Source: Octopus vulgaris (Eukaryota). From it: a stretch of 64,000 nt of DNA. Below are positions 1-15,130 of the stretch, piece by piece (position 1 is the first letter of the stretch; the number at the start of each line of letters is the position of its first letter). Position numbers and translations under genes: made by a program. Below the pieces are notes generated by a model. The model was not told the DNA's origin. It did not search any database and worked only from the letters and a program-made list of their open reading frames with translations. The DNA lies in the NCBI GenBank assembly GCA_951406725.2, contig OX597816.1, forward strand, positions 32,240,001 through 32,304,000, in the 5' to 3' direction.

Positions 1-389
1 TTTAGTGAACACCTGGTCATACATCCAAGTGATGTGTTGGAAACATCTCGCTTTATAAATATTTCAATGAAATGAATGGACATATATCATAGGAAACACA
101 CATGCATCTAGTCTGCATATATTCACATACACGCCCACACGCCCACACGCACAAACGCTCAAACATGCTCAACATATAGTTTATTTATTTTAAATGACGT
201 AGAGTCCTATCATAGTAGTAATTAAGCTGTGCCATTCTCCATGATCAAGTATTTCAAATCCATTAAGTATACTCACTTGGAATTGCTCCCTGTTGAATTC
301 GCTTAAATATGACTTCTTTATTCCCTCTAAAATATCAATTCAAAAATTGTTGAACGATACGATAGGTACCAAACTTTAAAAACACATAT

Positions 390-510
390 ACGAAGCGCTT
401 TCTTCAGTTTCCGTCTCCAAAGCAACTCACAAATCGTAGGTGCCATGCAGTAAAACAGAATCTAGGAGCATGTGGGCGAGTTGCAGCCTCTCCATCAGTC
501 AGAAACGCTT
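390..510 (-). mobile_element. Degenerate, internally deleted tRNA-headed SINE (family A)
   Basis: ctttcttcagtttccgtctccaaagcaactcacaa and tgccatgcagt match the better copy at 55141-55305. Confidence 0.5.
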
Positions 511-1477
511 TCGCTCAAATAATTTAGATTTTGTTTAGTATATATCCTCGGAATGATCAGCTTCTTTTAGCTATATTTCCACACACATTTCTTTTAGCTA
601 TACTTACACACACATCTGAAAACCCGGAGGATGAAATCGAGAGACTCCTGAACAAGGTCGTCCCAAGGCCAACAAATGATGTGGAACTGGACACAGCTTC
701 CCTCGTCATGGCTTTTGTGAACCGCATTATGCACTCCACGTACCGACGGAGAATGGCCCTTTTTCACACATAGAGAAAGTATACACATGTTACGCCCTAC
801 AATCTTGATGTGCGGGGTCTGCCAACTACCAGAACACATGACAACGACCCATATAGGTTTGTATACGCTTAGGTATATATATGTAAGCCATAAAAAAGGA
901 GTTTTGAGAGGGGAGTACATTTAAACAATTGATATCTTCGCGATTACTCCCTCTTTTGAGATATTGTCAAGTAATAATAATTTCAGTGTATTTTAAATTA
1001 CTAAAATATTTCCTTAATATGCAGGCTGTGTATTATACTACACAATTCTATAGTTACATCTCAAGGCAAATGAATGAAGGAAGATAATTAGTTCACTTCA
1101 ATATCATGTTTACAACAATGCTTCATATTTCAATTAGAAAATTTAGAATTTAAATATACAATGTATGGAAGACAATCCGAGAAAACAAATTACCTAAATT
1201 TATCTTGTATTGGTCTTCTAAACATTGCAATTATTATGACGTGATGAAGGAAGCGAATTGGTCGTAGCTCTAAAGATTTCAAGTAGTTACATAAATATAT
1301 TCACCTTTCGTACCATCCTAATTTCCTTGGATTATATGCCCTCCTATTGTAATAAATTCGTGTGCCGCATCTCCTGGAGCTCAGTTGCAAGTAACTCTAT
1401 TTGCTCCTCCATACTAGATTAAAGTATGGCCTGATAGCCGGAGGAACTTTCGATGATAGCTATATGAATCTATGAAT

Positions 1478-2431
<954 letters not shown>

Positions 2432-3699
2432 ATAAACTGATATGAAAATTATCTATATTTTTGAACATTTAAATTGATAAGAAGACATTGTTTGTATGAT
2501 TAACAGTGTGTTCCTTTAAATCTTGGCCTTATGTATGCAAATTACATGATGCTAACACTTAATATATAGATTGCGAACGTGGGATTACAAACTAAAATTA
2601 AACGAAACCACCGTACAATTGTTGAAAGTTAATAGATCGAATCATAGTAGTAAATTTCAATACCCATTTCTTAAACTATAAAAAAAACAAAACATAATGA
2701 GTGATAAACGAAAAACTTTAAAAACAATAAAGCGTATAGTTATCTGTAATTAAAATGTACTGATTCATTTCCAATGAGAAAAATCATATTTAAAAAGGGA
2801 ATTATTACCCTGAATTCTCAGATTGGGAAAAGTATTTTGCTAGTATATAATTTGAAATAAAAGAATATTTGTTAATTCTAAATAGTAGAATAACTATAAA
2901 TCATTAATATTTAACTAATCATGTGCACTGAATTTAATATAACCTCGCCTAAGCATTCATACACATATGCGTATTTATAAATGTGCACGTATGTTGTGCT
3001 GAAACACGTACGAGAGAGGAAATTGGGTATAGCTTGCAAAGTGGATAACATATTACGAGACAGTTTGTTCGGAAAGAGTTGTTAGATATTTAGCTGTTAG
3101 ATAAATAGGAAGCTTAAATGCCGTCAATTTATGTGCTTTGAAATAGAGAATAACGAAAGTATTCACCTTCACTGAATGTATATATTTTATTAATTAGTTA
3201 TTTAATAAGATCATTAATCAAGTTGTCCATGTAAGAATTTCTTCGCTTTGAGACAAGTTTCGGAATGTGTAAATTGATAAATATTTCAGCTTTAATATAT
3301 TATAATATCGAGGTAGACAGATGTTGTCACATAATATATCACTTTTGCGATCGCTTTTTCAACGATCTAGAATTAATTTAGTGAGCGTTTGTATATGATA
3401 ATTTATAACCATCATTATATTTCAGATTTTCACACATGATACACAGACATTTGCTATATCAATTTACATGCATCTACACATACACACATACACACACTTA
3501 CACACTAAGACACATCAATAACAACATACACTTACACAAATGCGTATATATATGTAGCATATATATAACTATATGCATGTATGAATATGTGCCTGTATGT
3601 GTGTGAATGTATGTATGCTGTAGATAAAGAAAGGAAAGAAATAGTTCTCACAAAAGTTTTGGAATAATAAGGTTTTATAATAGCTTTTCACTAGCAGAT

Positions 3700-3860
3700 T
3701 TAACGTCTCCGTAACTTAGCCGTTCGGCAAAAGAAAATTTTAGGATAAGTAATAGGCTTTAGAACATATAAGAACTAGAGTAAATTCATTTGAGTAAAAA
3801 TTCTTCAAAGCAGTGCTGCAACTTGGCCCCATTCTAATGACTGAAAGAAGTAAAAAGGAA
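3700..3860 (+). mobile_element. Degenerate 3' half of SINE family A
   Basis: acgtctccgtaacttagccgttcggcaaaaga...aatgactgaaagaagtaaaa matches the reverse complement of 54865-54990. Confidence 0.5.
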
Positions 3861-4149
3861 AAAAAAAAGTATTTGTTTCATAGATGCATATCAGAATCTA
3901 CAACCTCAGATAGGTCCCTAATATTTAAGATGCTTGGTGTGTATACAAATGTTTTACTCCCCCCCCACTAATTTTATTAGTTAGTCGTAGTGATTAATCA
4001 TGATGCAATTCTTAGGGATTATATATATGGTATTCAATTGTTAAGGAATCAGATAAAGGAAAATTTAAATACGTTTTGTAGTTGATAATTGTAGTTTACT
4101 ATCGATGAGTTGAATTCTTATGAATAGTTTGATGAAAGATTGATCTAAG

Positions 4150-4346
<197 letters not shown>

Positions 4347-4429
4347 ACATATATATACATATTCGTAGAGAAAGTGGGGAGAGAAAAAGAGAGATATCGA
4401 TATATATACACACGTTTATATGTATGGAT

Positions 4430-4720
4430 CAGAAAGGCCTTCCGCAAATTTTTACTAATTTTCACTTAACTATTGTATTTGAGGATACTATTAAAATAAC
4501 TTGTTTCCTTCACTTAACTTTCGATCTACTCTGTTCGCCATATTTCCCTTGCTATGGGAAGAACGAATATAAACACTATAGATGTGGAAGCATTGAACCC
4601 AATGGCCCACGCCGGGATAGTCAATTTACTAAAAATATCCAACTGCTTTTCTAAAACAAACATCTCATATACAAACTACTTCTGAGTATAGAGTTGCATC
4701 TCAAATGTCGACGGATATTA
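4430..4720 (+). pseudogene. Degenerate Penelope-like RT C-terminal (thumb) fragment
   Basis: [39 protein letters not shown] resembles the PLE pattern L.I..E.N.K..NFLDVTFDL...Y.PY.K.N; flanked by TA tracts. Confidence 0.4.
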
Positions 4721-4785
4721 ACTAATATACTCGGAGGGTGAGGAGCAACATACTCTAGCGGGGTCACATTTGTCATCTCGCTTTG

Positions 4786-4831
<46 letters not shown>

Positions 4832-4923
4832 TTATATGCATACAACATATACAGGTTTGTATATATTAATATGTAAGGTTATTATAACACTTATACATAC
4901 ACACACGCACATATATGCATATA

Positions 4924-5034
<111 letters not shown>

Positions 5035-5217
5035 AAAAGGGCTTAGTAAAATAAATTACTTTGCCGCATACTGAACTCATTAGAAATAGCAGCTAAAAAA
5101 CTTTCTTAAAAACCATTTCTAATACTTAAAGAAAATCTCTCTCGTATAGTGTTTGGTCAACTCAACTCACGAAAGTTTGGGGGTAAAGACATAAAAAAAT
5201 CAAATGCAAAGGTTATT

Positions 5218-5269
5218 TGAGAACGTACGTTTCAAGATTAGTCATCAAGACACTTCTATCATCAGCTCA
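5218..5269 (-). ncRNA. Minimal type I hammerhead ribozyme motif (inverted copy)
   Basis: Reverse complement of 5982-6033. Confidence 0.6.
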
Positions 5270-5981
5270 GAAACGCCATGGTTTGGATTTGAAAACACTG
5301 AAAGTGAGAGCAAACTCTTTCGGCCTCTCATCGCCTTCGAAGATCTGCTCGTAACTAACAGTGCCAACAAACCCAAACATGCAAGCGAAGAATTTCTGTC
5401 CTCCCCTTTCCACCAGCGTGGGTTAAAATCAACAAACACTCTGCTTATTTCGGTAAAATCCGAAGCATTAATTAGAGGGAGATTAATTATAATTTCAACA
5501 ATTGAGGGTAAAATTAATTAATTATTAATTAATTTCACCAAGTGTTCAGTATGCAAAGGGACCATTTACGGCGAATTCAAATTATTACAATATATAAAAG
5601 GGCTTAGGAAAATAAATTACTTTGCCGCATACTGAACTCATTAGAAATAGCAGCTAAAAAACTTTCTTAAAAACCATTTCTAATACTTAAAGAAAATCTC
5701 TCTCGTATAGTGTTTGGTCAACTCAACTCACGAAAGTTTGGGGGTAAAGACATACAAAAATTAATTAATCTCCCTCTAATTAATGCTTCGGATTTTACCG
5801 AAATAAGCAGAGTGTTTGCTGATTTTAACCCACGCTGGTGGAAAGGGGAGGACAGAAATTCTTCGCTTTCATGTTTGGGTTTGTTGGCACTGTTAGTTAC
5901 GAGCAGATCTTCGAAGGCGATGAGAGGCCGAAAGAGTTTGCTCTCACTTTCAGTGTTTTCAAATCCAAACCATGGAGTTTC

Positions 5982-6033
5982 TGAGCTGATGATAGAAGTG
6001 TCTTGATGACTAATCTTGAAACGTACGTTCTCA
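5982..6033 (+). ncRNA. Minimal type I hammerhead ribozyme motif
   Basis: tgag-CTGATGA-t-aga..gtc ttgat gac..tct-t-GAAA-cgtacg-TT-ctca: 4-bp stem I, imperfect stem II, palindromic stem III (ACGTACGT), GUU cleavage triplet. Confidence 0.6.
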
Positions 6034-6316
6034 AATAACCTTTGCATTTGATTTTTTTATGTCTTTACCCCCAAACTTTCGTGAGTTGAGTTGACCAAAC
6101 ACTATACGAGAGAGATTTTCTTTAAGTATTAGAAATGGTTTTTAAGAAAGTTTTTTAGCTGCTATTTCTAATGAGTTCAGTATGCGGCAAAGTAATTTAT
6201 TTTACTAAGCCCTTTTATATATTGTAATAATTTGAATTCGCCTTAAATGGTCCCTTTGCATACTGAACACTTGGTGAAATTAATTAATAATTAATTAATT
6301 TTACCCTCAGTTGTTG

Positions 6317-6359
<43 letters not shown>

Positions 6360-6459
6360 TTTCCTTTCGACGCGTATGATATTGTTCTATCGCGCCTGGA
6401 TTTACAGTACTCTAAATAATAATGTTATCCATCCAAACCTAAATCTGATACCGATCACC

Positions 6460-6499
<40 letters not shown>

Positions 6500-6508
6500 C
6501 ATATATAT

Positions 6509-6571
<63 letters not shown>

Positions 6572-6579
6572 CATATACA

Positions 6580-6746
6580 CACGAAGTGTTGCTTTCACTT
6601 TCCATCTACCAAATACACTCACAAGGATTTGGTTGCATCAAGGATATATAGTAGGAACACTTGCCCAATTTGCCACGCAGTGGGACTAATCTCGGAACAA
6701 CGTGATTGTAAGTAAGCTACTTACCGCACAACCACTCCTACGCCTA
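6580..6746 (-). mobile_element. SINE family A 5' half (tRNA-like head, CORE-like segment)
   Basis: Matches 55141-55305 and abuts (TA)n. Confidence 0.8.
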
Positions 6747-6794
6747 TATTTACCCCACATCCACTCCTACACCTATATGAAAAGTAGTATTAGT

Positions 6795-7293
6795 ATATTA
6801 ATTGTGTGATTAATTTATAGAATGAAGTTCTACACATCCAATCATATTTGTCAACAATGTATGAGATAAGATGTTGAAAAATTGTAAGAAATTTATTCAG
6901 GCATGCAATTCTTTTGCACATAGATATTAATTCATGTTACAATCTTCAAATATCAAAGTACTCATCAGTGCAGAAAAATATGAACTTAAAAAAAGAGCAG
7001 AGAATGTGGATCTATGAGTTTCATGTGTATCTTTTCCTATCACACGTGGATAGGAAGAGATAAGCATGTAACTTACATTTTCAATTTCTGTGCACTTTTA
7101 AGCTCTTATTATCTTTTCTGCACTGTCGAGTACTTTGATATTTGCAAATCCTATGAATTCATATCTATGTGCTGAACAATTTCATGCATGAATAAAATTC
7201 TTACAATTTTAAAACATCTTATCTTGTCCACTTTTGACAAATATGATTGGATTTGTAGAAATTCATTCTATAAATTAATCACACACCTAATAT
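6795..7293. repeat. Old, diverged palindrome of about 500 bp (fold-back or MITE-like)
   Basis: tgtgtgattaatttatagaatgaa pairs with ttcattctataaattaatcacaca; centre tcttttcctatc-acacgtg-gataggaagaga; TA tract on the right. Confidence 0.85.
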
Positions 7294-7739
7294 GTATATA
7301 TATATTATATATATATATATATATATATGTATACCTACATGCATTTATGCAAACACGTATCTATATGCCTGTATATATGCATCAAATTAAATGCATGTTT
7401 CTCTCTTCCTTGCTGCGATTTTCCCACCATATGCACCTGCCTGTTTCCAATTAAAATTTTCATTCTGTGAAACTTTAACCCAACATCATTGGTATTAATT
7501 TTAGTTTAAGTTTGAGAGAGGCGACTTTGGTTTCGCTTCATCTGTTTGTAGCACAGCTCGTTCACTTATTGTTTCTCATTTTCTTTATCCACAATTCCAT
7601 CTAATATATGGTTCGACTGTGAATTGATTTACTGACAAATATACTCTCACCGAATGACAAGTGTGATTCAGTTATGCGTTTAGCCCCCTTGCAGTCCATA
7701 CACGTCTTCCACCAATGTTAAATCGCTTGGATCCAATTG

Positions 7740-8836
7740 GAGGAGAATCATTATAAAATGGTGTTTAAAATTCTCATCAGAAACTGATATGTCATCATAG
7801 TCACTGCGATACCGTTTCCCATCCAAGTAAATTTTCATGCTGGGTAACAAATGATAGTCAGATGTGATAAGATCAGAAAATTAAGGAAGGTGATCAACCA
7901 GTTGAATTCCAGTCTCCTGCAGTTACCATTGAAACTACAGACTTTGCGCTGGAGAATTGTCCTGATGAAAGTAGCCCAGTTTCCTCATATGTTTTGGCCG
8001 TTTGTGCTTAACAAGTTTTTCTAAGTCCCTCAAAACGTTCTCATAATTCTTTCCACTCGTAGTTTCACCCTCCTGAAACTAGGGAGCATAGTGCCCTTTG
8101 TATCCCCCAAACTCTGAGGTAGCCATTTTTCCTGCAGGCTGAACGGGCTTTGTCTTCTTTAATGTAAATTTGTAAGGGTCTTTCGATTATATGGATTTTC
8201 TGTTTGTCTCACAGGTTAGGAAATGTTAAAGTCGACTATCTGAATCTACCTCGAACAATGTCAGATTTTCCTGCTATGTGCTTAATCTAGAACGCTTTCG
8301 ATCATGTGTCAGAAGGCGCAGCACCCAACACTCAAAAACTTTCGTCATATCACGTCCAGTGTTTACGGTATTCAGAACTCCGTCACGAGATATACTAGTA
8401 TCGTTGACTATTTATTTTATAGTGAATCATTTTCCTTCCAACAAAAAGTGGTTAAAACTATCAACATTATCCTCGTTGTTGACAGTTACAAGACGTCCAA
8501 ATTTTGGGTCGCCTTCAATAATCTACTTTCCTAAATGCAGATCGCCACGTTTCATTGTTGATAACGCTGGGACACCATATCTTAAGGCAGCAACCATGTC
8601 AATATATATGCCCTTGCGTTTAAACGATTTTATTGCTGGTAGATAATAACAACTTATCAAAAGAAATCGCTCCTAGTTACATGGATAGTGTTATTTGAAC
8701 AGTAATATATCAGGTTACCTTGAACGAAGTGATGCATTCAATAATAAGAAACGTTCAAATTGATATATGCAAGATTTCACTACTTTATCACAACACCTTC
8801 CAATTCAGCCTTTAAACTTTTCAGCTCACCCTTGTA
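7740..8836 (-). mobile_element. Decayed mariner transposon
   Basis: Minus strand gives FHQDNSP, DHLP*FSDLITSDYHLLPSMKIYLDGKRY and IEGDPKFGRL; TIR-like tacaagggtgagctgaaaagtt at 8815-8836. Confidence 0.75.
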
Positions 8837-8949
8837 AGTCCATAAATATAGATATATGTAAACATTGTTCAGTAGTGCATGTAGCGTGGTCTTATTTTTA
8901 TATACCAAAGTTAATGTATATTTGATGTAATATAATCGTAGATATGTTA

Positions 8950-9187
8950 AAGGCGGCGAGCTTGCAGAAACGTTAGCACGCCGGGTGAAATGCTTCACGG
9001 TATTTAGTCTGCTGCTACGTTCTGAGTTCGAATTCAGCCGAGGTCGACTTTGCCTTCCACCCTTTCGTGGTTGATTAAATAAGTACCTGTTACACACTGG
9101 GGTCGATGTAATCGGCTTAATCCGCTTGTCTGTCCTTGTTTGTCTCATCTGTGTGTAGCACCTTGTGGGCACTAAGCATATAAGTAT
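8950..9187 (+). mobile_element. tRNA-headed SINE family B, near full length
   Basis: ggcggcgagcttgcagaaacgttagcacgccggg...gagttcgaattc (B-box-like)...gtcgactttgccttccaccc; same family at 9632, 16400 and 19367. Confidence 0.85.
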
Positions 9188-9631
9188 TGTAGATATGGTG
9201 AAACAAACTTTTGACCTTATTAGTTATTTAAACCGCCATACTAGCTGTAACAAACCGTCTCGTTAATGATAAGTAAGTTTGTGTATCGCTCCCAGCTTTT
9301 GCAGAGGAGGGTGTTATTTGAGAAAGATAACGTTGGTATAGATACTAGTTAATGAAAATCAGTAATCAATGTGAGTTTATAACATAATGTCGTTGTAAAT
9401 TTTATGCATCCCAAAATACTGTATATTATGTATATTAATATAACCCGGTTGCTATTACTAGGAAAGTGAACATTGCAGTACACAACCCCTAGAATCTATT
9501 GTAGATCAGTTGGTATTAAAATGCTTCTATACTTGAAATAATGCATAAACTGCCTCGTGTTTGCTCTAAGTTTTAGTATTGAAATTTACTCAGTTACCTT
9601 AATTCCCATATCAGCAAATGTTGTTCCCATA

Positions 9632-9868
9632 AATATTTCTTTATTACCTACAAGGGGCTACACATAGAGGGGACAAACAAGGACAGAGAAAGGGATTAAG
9701 TCGATTACATCGACGCCAGTGTGAAATTGGTACTTTATTTATCGACCCCGAATGGATGAAAGGCGAAGTCGACCTCGGCGGAATGTGAACTCAGAACGTA
9801 ACGGCAAACGAAATACGGCTATGCATTTCGCCCGGCGTGCTAACGTTTCTGCCAGCTTGCCGCCCTTA
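9632..9868 (-). mobile_element. SINE family B with 11-bp target-site duplication
   Basis: Reverse complement of 8950-9187; ttgttcccata at 9621-9631 and 9869-9879. Confidence 0.9.
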
Positions 9869-10199
9869 TTGTTCCCATATTCTTAAGGCTACAGGCATCC
9901 AATAGACCGCAGTGGCATGCTTTTAACTTGTACATAGAAAAATACTCAATCTATCGTTATGCTTGCAAGAGAGAAGAGTATGATCCAAGATTGCTAGGCT
10001 GTTATTCTCAGCAGATCATATGATCGCTACAACTGTCTGATTGTCCGTTGATTGGCGCTAAATTATTGATATTAATAGCAGTTGATGGAGAAAATGATCA
10101 GGGCTATTATAAGAATAGCTTTAACAATAGACATTGTTGACCTTTTCTTATTTTGTGTGTTTTGTGATTGTATTACATTACAATGTCTTGTTAAATACT

Positions 10200-10650
10200 T
10201 TTTTCTCCGTCAATATCCATTAGAGAGAGAGTGTAAGACGAATAACATCTCTTTGTCTAAAGATATATTGGATATTTTCCTGCTAAATCTTTTCACTAGA
10301 TCTGTTATGCTTCGAGGCAGATAATTAAAATGTATATTAACATATCATAGGTCTTCGTCTATTCTTCTATAGAGATAGTACTTATCGTTAATTAGATCTA
10401 ATGTGATGTCTTAAATGTTGACAATACTTAAGTTAGCTCGAATAGAGATTTATTGATTGCATTCCTTAAACGTTTCTATTATTTTCTTACAATCATATTC
10501 TGCTCTTGTGACAAGATATTGCCAGGCCGCCGAGTATGTGCAATCATATAATTTGCATTAGACTTTCGAGTCTGCTATGGAAATTAAATAAATTGTCTGT
10601 TAAAGCCACCGAGTCAGTATTTTAATATATGTTGGATTAAAACGGGCAGC
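10200..10650 (-). pseudogene. Degenerate Penelope-like RT fragment
   Basis: Minus strand gives ANLSIVNI*DITLDLINDKYYLYRR...YVNIHFNYLP...RKISNIS, matching the PLE RT thumb pattern. Confidence 0.45.
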
Positions 10651-12499
10651 AAATATTGGATGATACACATAGTAAAGTGAGAATAATTGAAATATAAGTG
10701 TAGGTATATTAAACAAATTTTTGTTCTCATGAAATATTAAAACTGCTATACGTATCACTTGAAACCGTCGCTTTTCTACGGAGGAAGACGTTATTTCAGA
10801 ATGATATTTCTCTCATAAATAATAGCTCGCGAAACTAAAGGGCGGAACCTTTCACTCCGATAAATGTAGAGCGTAAAAGAAATGGAGAAATCGGTTTAAA
10901 ACACAAACAAATGAGAAGATATTAAACAAAATATAAATAAGTTCTATTATATTTTTTTCATATTCTTGCATACTAGAAAGTAAAACTTGAACTTAATTGC
11001 AACATTGCTTATATGTATTAAAACGTTTTGCATAGAAATTATATTGATATCATTTAGAGTTAAATTACCATCAAATCATTAAGACACCATTGATACTGGC
11101 ATAATGCTTCTCCATTCTCGCATTCCGCATTTCATGAAGACCGTAATGTGTGGCGTGAAGGAGAATTAACAACTATTTTAGCAGCACACACGTCCACATA
11201 AACGTTCTTTGGATGGATTACCCAAAATCTTAGCTTTTTTTACTTACAAAACTACTTCAATTCGAGTCTACATTTACAAAGAGCTGACATCGTCTGTCAC
11301 TGGTGGCTTGATTAAAACTCATTTATTAAGAGCACCTAACAATACATAATTATAATTATAATTATAATACTATAATTATAGTATTGTTTTCCATTTAAGT
11401 CAAAAGGCAACATAAAACTCATACGCTACATAGAAGTCGAAAACAGCTACATGTTTCATTCGACGCACTACAATTACTTTCGACTCTTAGCTTTCTTAAA
11501 TTTTATTAACCCCATGCATTTAGGTTCAAATATCATTTCAAAGCAAATGGGATTATCGTTACATCGTTCATCAATCTGTTGCAAATATTTTGTCCTTAAA
11601 TATGCTAAGTTGTGTAACTCAGATATCATTTAATATCTTAAGACTATAGTTTGGTCGTAGGGGAGTGACTTACTGCATGGGATTATTCGATGAAGGAATT
11701 CATTTGATTAAGCAAAAATAAGGCAGACAAACTGTGAAAAATGTATATTATATTCTTATTATTAATTGTTTACATCTTGTGTCAAGCAGCATTATTAGCG
11801 AGGGCAATCGATCGATGTTTATTCCATTTGTTAAAAGAAACGCCTGTAATGCAAATTCTAGCGAATCAATTGGCATTGCAGACAACATTCAATGTCTTAT
11901 GTATTGCGTAAGTGTATATAAGGTACATATATATCTATATATACATACATATATATATATGAAAAGGAAATGAAGAAAATGCTGACAAAATAATTTAAGT
12001 AAAGGAGAGTGTATTTAATTAGGTGAAAGTTCTTTTTACCGGTTGCGCATTTGTTATGCTTATCAAAAGATATATTTTTAAGAGAGATAGAGTTCCTTTC
12101 TGATAGATGTTTTTCATATATATATATATATATATATATGAAAAAAAATTTCTTCCTGAAGAGAAAGACACAATATGGTCCCATTATTCAATCGGATTTT
12201 GGTAATTTGTGCCTTTCGAAACACGTGTAGAATGAAATAAAACGATTTCTGTTCAATCTGCGTTCAGCTCCATTTCTTCAATTCACCAATAATGTTTTAA
12301 TTTCAATTATCCGCACCAACGCACAGTTGCAACACCATATGGTTGTACCTCCAACCGTGCTGTTTACTGCAGTGATTTTTGCTACTAAGGTATCGGTTAA
12401 ACTTTTGATTAATCTACTACAAGATTATTCACCTTTCTATTTCACATTATATATATATATATATATATATATAAGTGTACATATGATACGTATATATCA

Positions 12500-12548
<49 letters not shown>

Positions 12549-12621
12549 TGTGCATATATATAAATATATGTGTGTATATACACACACATATATATGTACG
12601 TAAATATATATATATATAGGA

Positions 12622-13800
12622 TCTATATCTATAAACGAGAGATTCTGTATGTTTGTCCAACAAAGTGAAACAAAAAAAGAACACACCGTTACTCTATGAT
12701 TTCCTTTCTATGTCTCTTCTATTCTATCTCCGCCATATACTCAGTCTGTCTGTCCTCCTCTCCCTCACTTCCTCTCTCTCTCCCTCTCTCTCTGTATGCC
12801 TTGCTACTTTGAAAGATTCTCTTTCTCCCACAAAGTGAAGCTAAAACGAGTCACCATCTTTCTATGATATTCTGTCTCCTCTATCTGTCTATTTTCCTCT
12901 CTTTCTTTCTCTTCCTTTTCCTTTCTCGGGGAAGGGAGACTTCCGATTGATAAAGAACAATTTCTTATACTCAATCCAATATGTAATTCAACTTATTCCA
13001 TCGATGATTTGGTGGATGAAATCTTTCCTAATTTTCATCATAATTACAATAGAAATTGGATCTGTGAGCGAGCTATCCTGGCTCCAAATTGCGTTTCAGA
13101 AAATAGCATTAAAAATTTAGATTGGATGATCTTCTAGGAGAAATATTCACTTATAAATCGATTGGTAGTGTTTTTGATGACCAGGATAGTGTTACCTACC
13201 CCATCCAATTTTTGAACCACCAGGTACAGCTCGTCATCGTCTTCACCTATTATGCTATTGCGTAATTTCTCTCAACCAAAATTATACAGTGGTACAAGTT
13301 TAATTATGCTCAAACAGATGATGAACTGCATTGAGGCAAATATTCTTACTGGTTGTGGTAAAAGTGTTACCTTCTTCATTCATCACATACCAGTTATACC
13401 ATCTAATGTCCCATTCCAATTTTAACGGTTACAGTTTTTCTCTCCAAGATTCTTTCTCTATGAGCATTAATAAAAGTCAGAGCCAAACATTAAATGTTGC
13501 TGGATTGCATTTTCAAGAACCATATTTTCACATGGCTAACTTTATGTAGGAGCCTCACATGAGGGAGCAAATAAAACAGAAGACATTGTTTATAATGAAA
13601 CAAGAATGCAACAAGAATACTTCAATAACTTAATTTCCCATTACTATCATTACATTCGAGTATGACTAAGTTACCGCATTCAATGAACTGTATTATTTAA
13701 TTGTCATTACTGTATTGACGAATATAATAAAAAGATAAAGCTCACTATTGTCATATAATACACAAGCAGAAGTTAACGTATGATGTTCATCTCTTTTCTT
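12622..13800 (+). mobile_element. Decayed Helitron with PIF1-like helicase C-terminus
   Basis: A|TCtatatctataaacgagag 5' terminus; WICERAILAP, PIMLLRN, IEANILTG, IPVIPSNVPFQF, SMSINKSQSQTL and LYVG motifs, frameshifted. Confidence 0.8.
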
Positions 13801-13819
13801 TTTCACTTATTATATTAGA

Positions 13820-15130
13820 TCGACGCTTTCAAGAGATCAGTCAGCTGAACGATTTGCAGAGCATCTTTTGAAACTCGGTGAAGGGATAGTTCCAATTGAT
13901 GAAGAACAGTTTCTTACACTCAATGCAATTATATAATTCAACTGATTCCGTCGAAGATTTGATGTATGAAACCTTTCTTAATCTTCTTCATAATTGCAAC
14001 AAAACAGATTTCATCGGTGTCAGAACTATCCTGGCTCCAATAAATATTCCTCTGTACAGCATTAATAATATGCTATTGATTAAACTTACAGAAGTATTCA
14101 CACACAACGCATTTGTCAGTGTTGTTGATGATCAGGATAGTGTCAACTATTCCATCGAATTCTTTAACTCACTACAACTATCAGTTAGAGATCCTCATTA
14201 CCTTCAGGTTAAAAAAAATGGATTCCTATTACGTTATTACATATTTTGTCTCAACCAAACTTATGCAATGGTATAAGCTTAAGAGTGCACAAATTTAATT
14301 CACCCAAATATTCTCACTATTATTATTAAATGTCTATGTACTCCGAAATAAAACAAAACAAAAACATTGTTCATAAAGAAATATTCATTCTTAATGCAAC
14401 ACGAATACTTCTATAACTTCATTTACCATTACTATCTTTACATTGAAGAAAGAGTAAGGTACCTATTTCAAGGAATTGTATAATACTATTGTCATTGTAT
14501 GGTGGCTGCCCCCTCGTTATCGAGTATGGCCATTGCACGAAGCTTAATCAATGTTGTTGTCGTGCAATGATTGTGCAAGAAGATTATTTCTTAAGTGAGG
14601 AAAGGCTGTGCAATGAGTCAATCCCACTCACTAAGCAACAGCAGCCAAAATCCGAAAAGAAGAACAAGTCAACATCATCGGTAACCACTGAGCCGCAGGT
14701 GTTATGTCGGACTTATCCCAGTTACCTGAGTTACCTTCTCCTAGAAGGATGCCCTAACAAATGCTAGGGGTCCTTCACTCACAAAGGTTTAACCGCGCGA
14801 TCGGGTATTCAGTTCGATTATTTCTGTCACCGTGCATGATACAGACTTAATACATTTATTGGATGGCCGTTGACTCTCTAGAGTTCCTCCGCCCTTTGAC
14901 GGGTTTTGTTTTGCATCACCCAGGGTGTCCAATAAGCACCCTCCTCACCAAGCAAGCTTGGTGGGGTTGCCGGTTTAGTCGACGACGACCCGACCATGCA
15001 ACAAGTTGTACTCGGTTACATGTTACAATTGCCATTACTGTATTCATAAATAAAATAACTTCTCCATTTCACTTATTATTATCATGTAACAAACACAATG
15101 TCATGTACGACATTGATGTCTCTTCTAATT
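13820..15130 (+). mobile_element. Second, diverged Helitron helicase remnant interrupted by an insertion
   Basis: FAEHLLKLGEG, RTILAP, DDQDSVNYSIEFFN; 14365-14497 plus 15028-15125 re-create 13582-13800. Confidence 0.7.
14497..15028 (-). mobile_element. GC-rich insertion, probably a non-autonomous RTE derivative
   Basis: Interrupts the Helitron copy between attgtcatt and attgccatt (imperfect TSD); minus-strand ctaggagaaggtaactc resembles RTE 5' UTR motifs (from recall). Confidence 0.5.

Noticed and set aside
5204-6047. Paired near-identical ORFs on opposite strands (105 and 109 aa)
   Set aside because: A consequence of the inverted repeat; no recognisable domain, and they run antisense to the hammerhead
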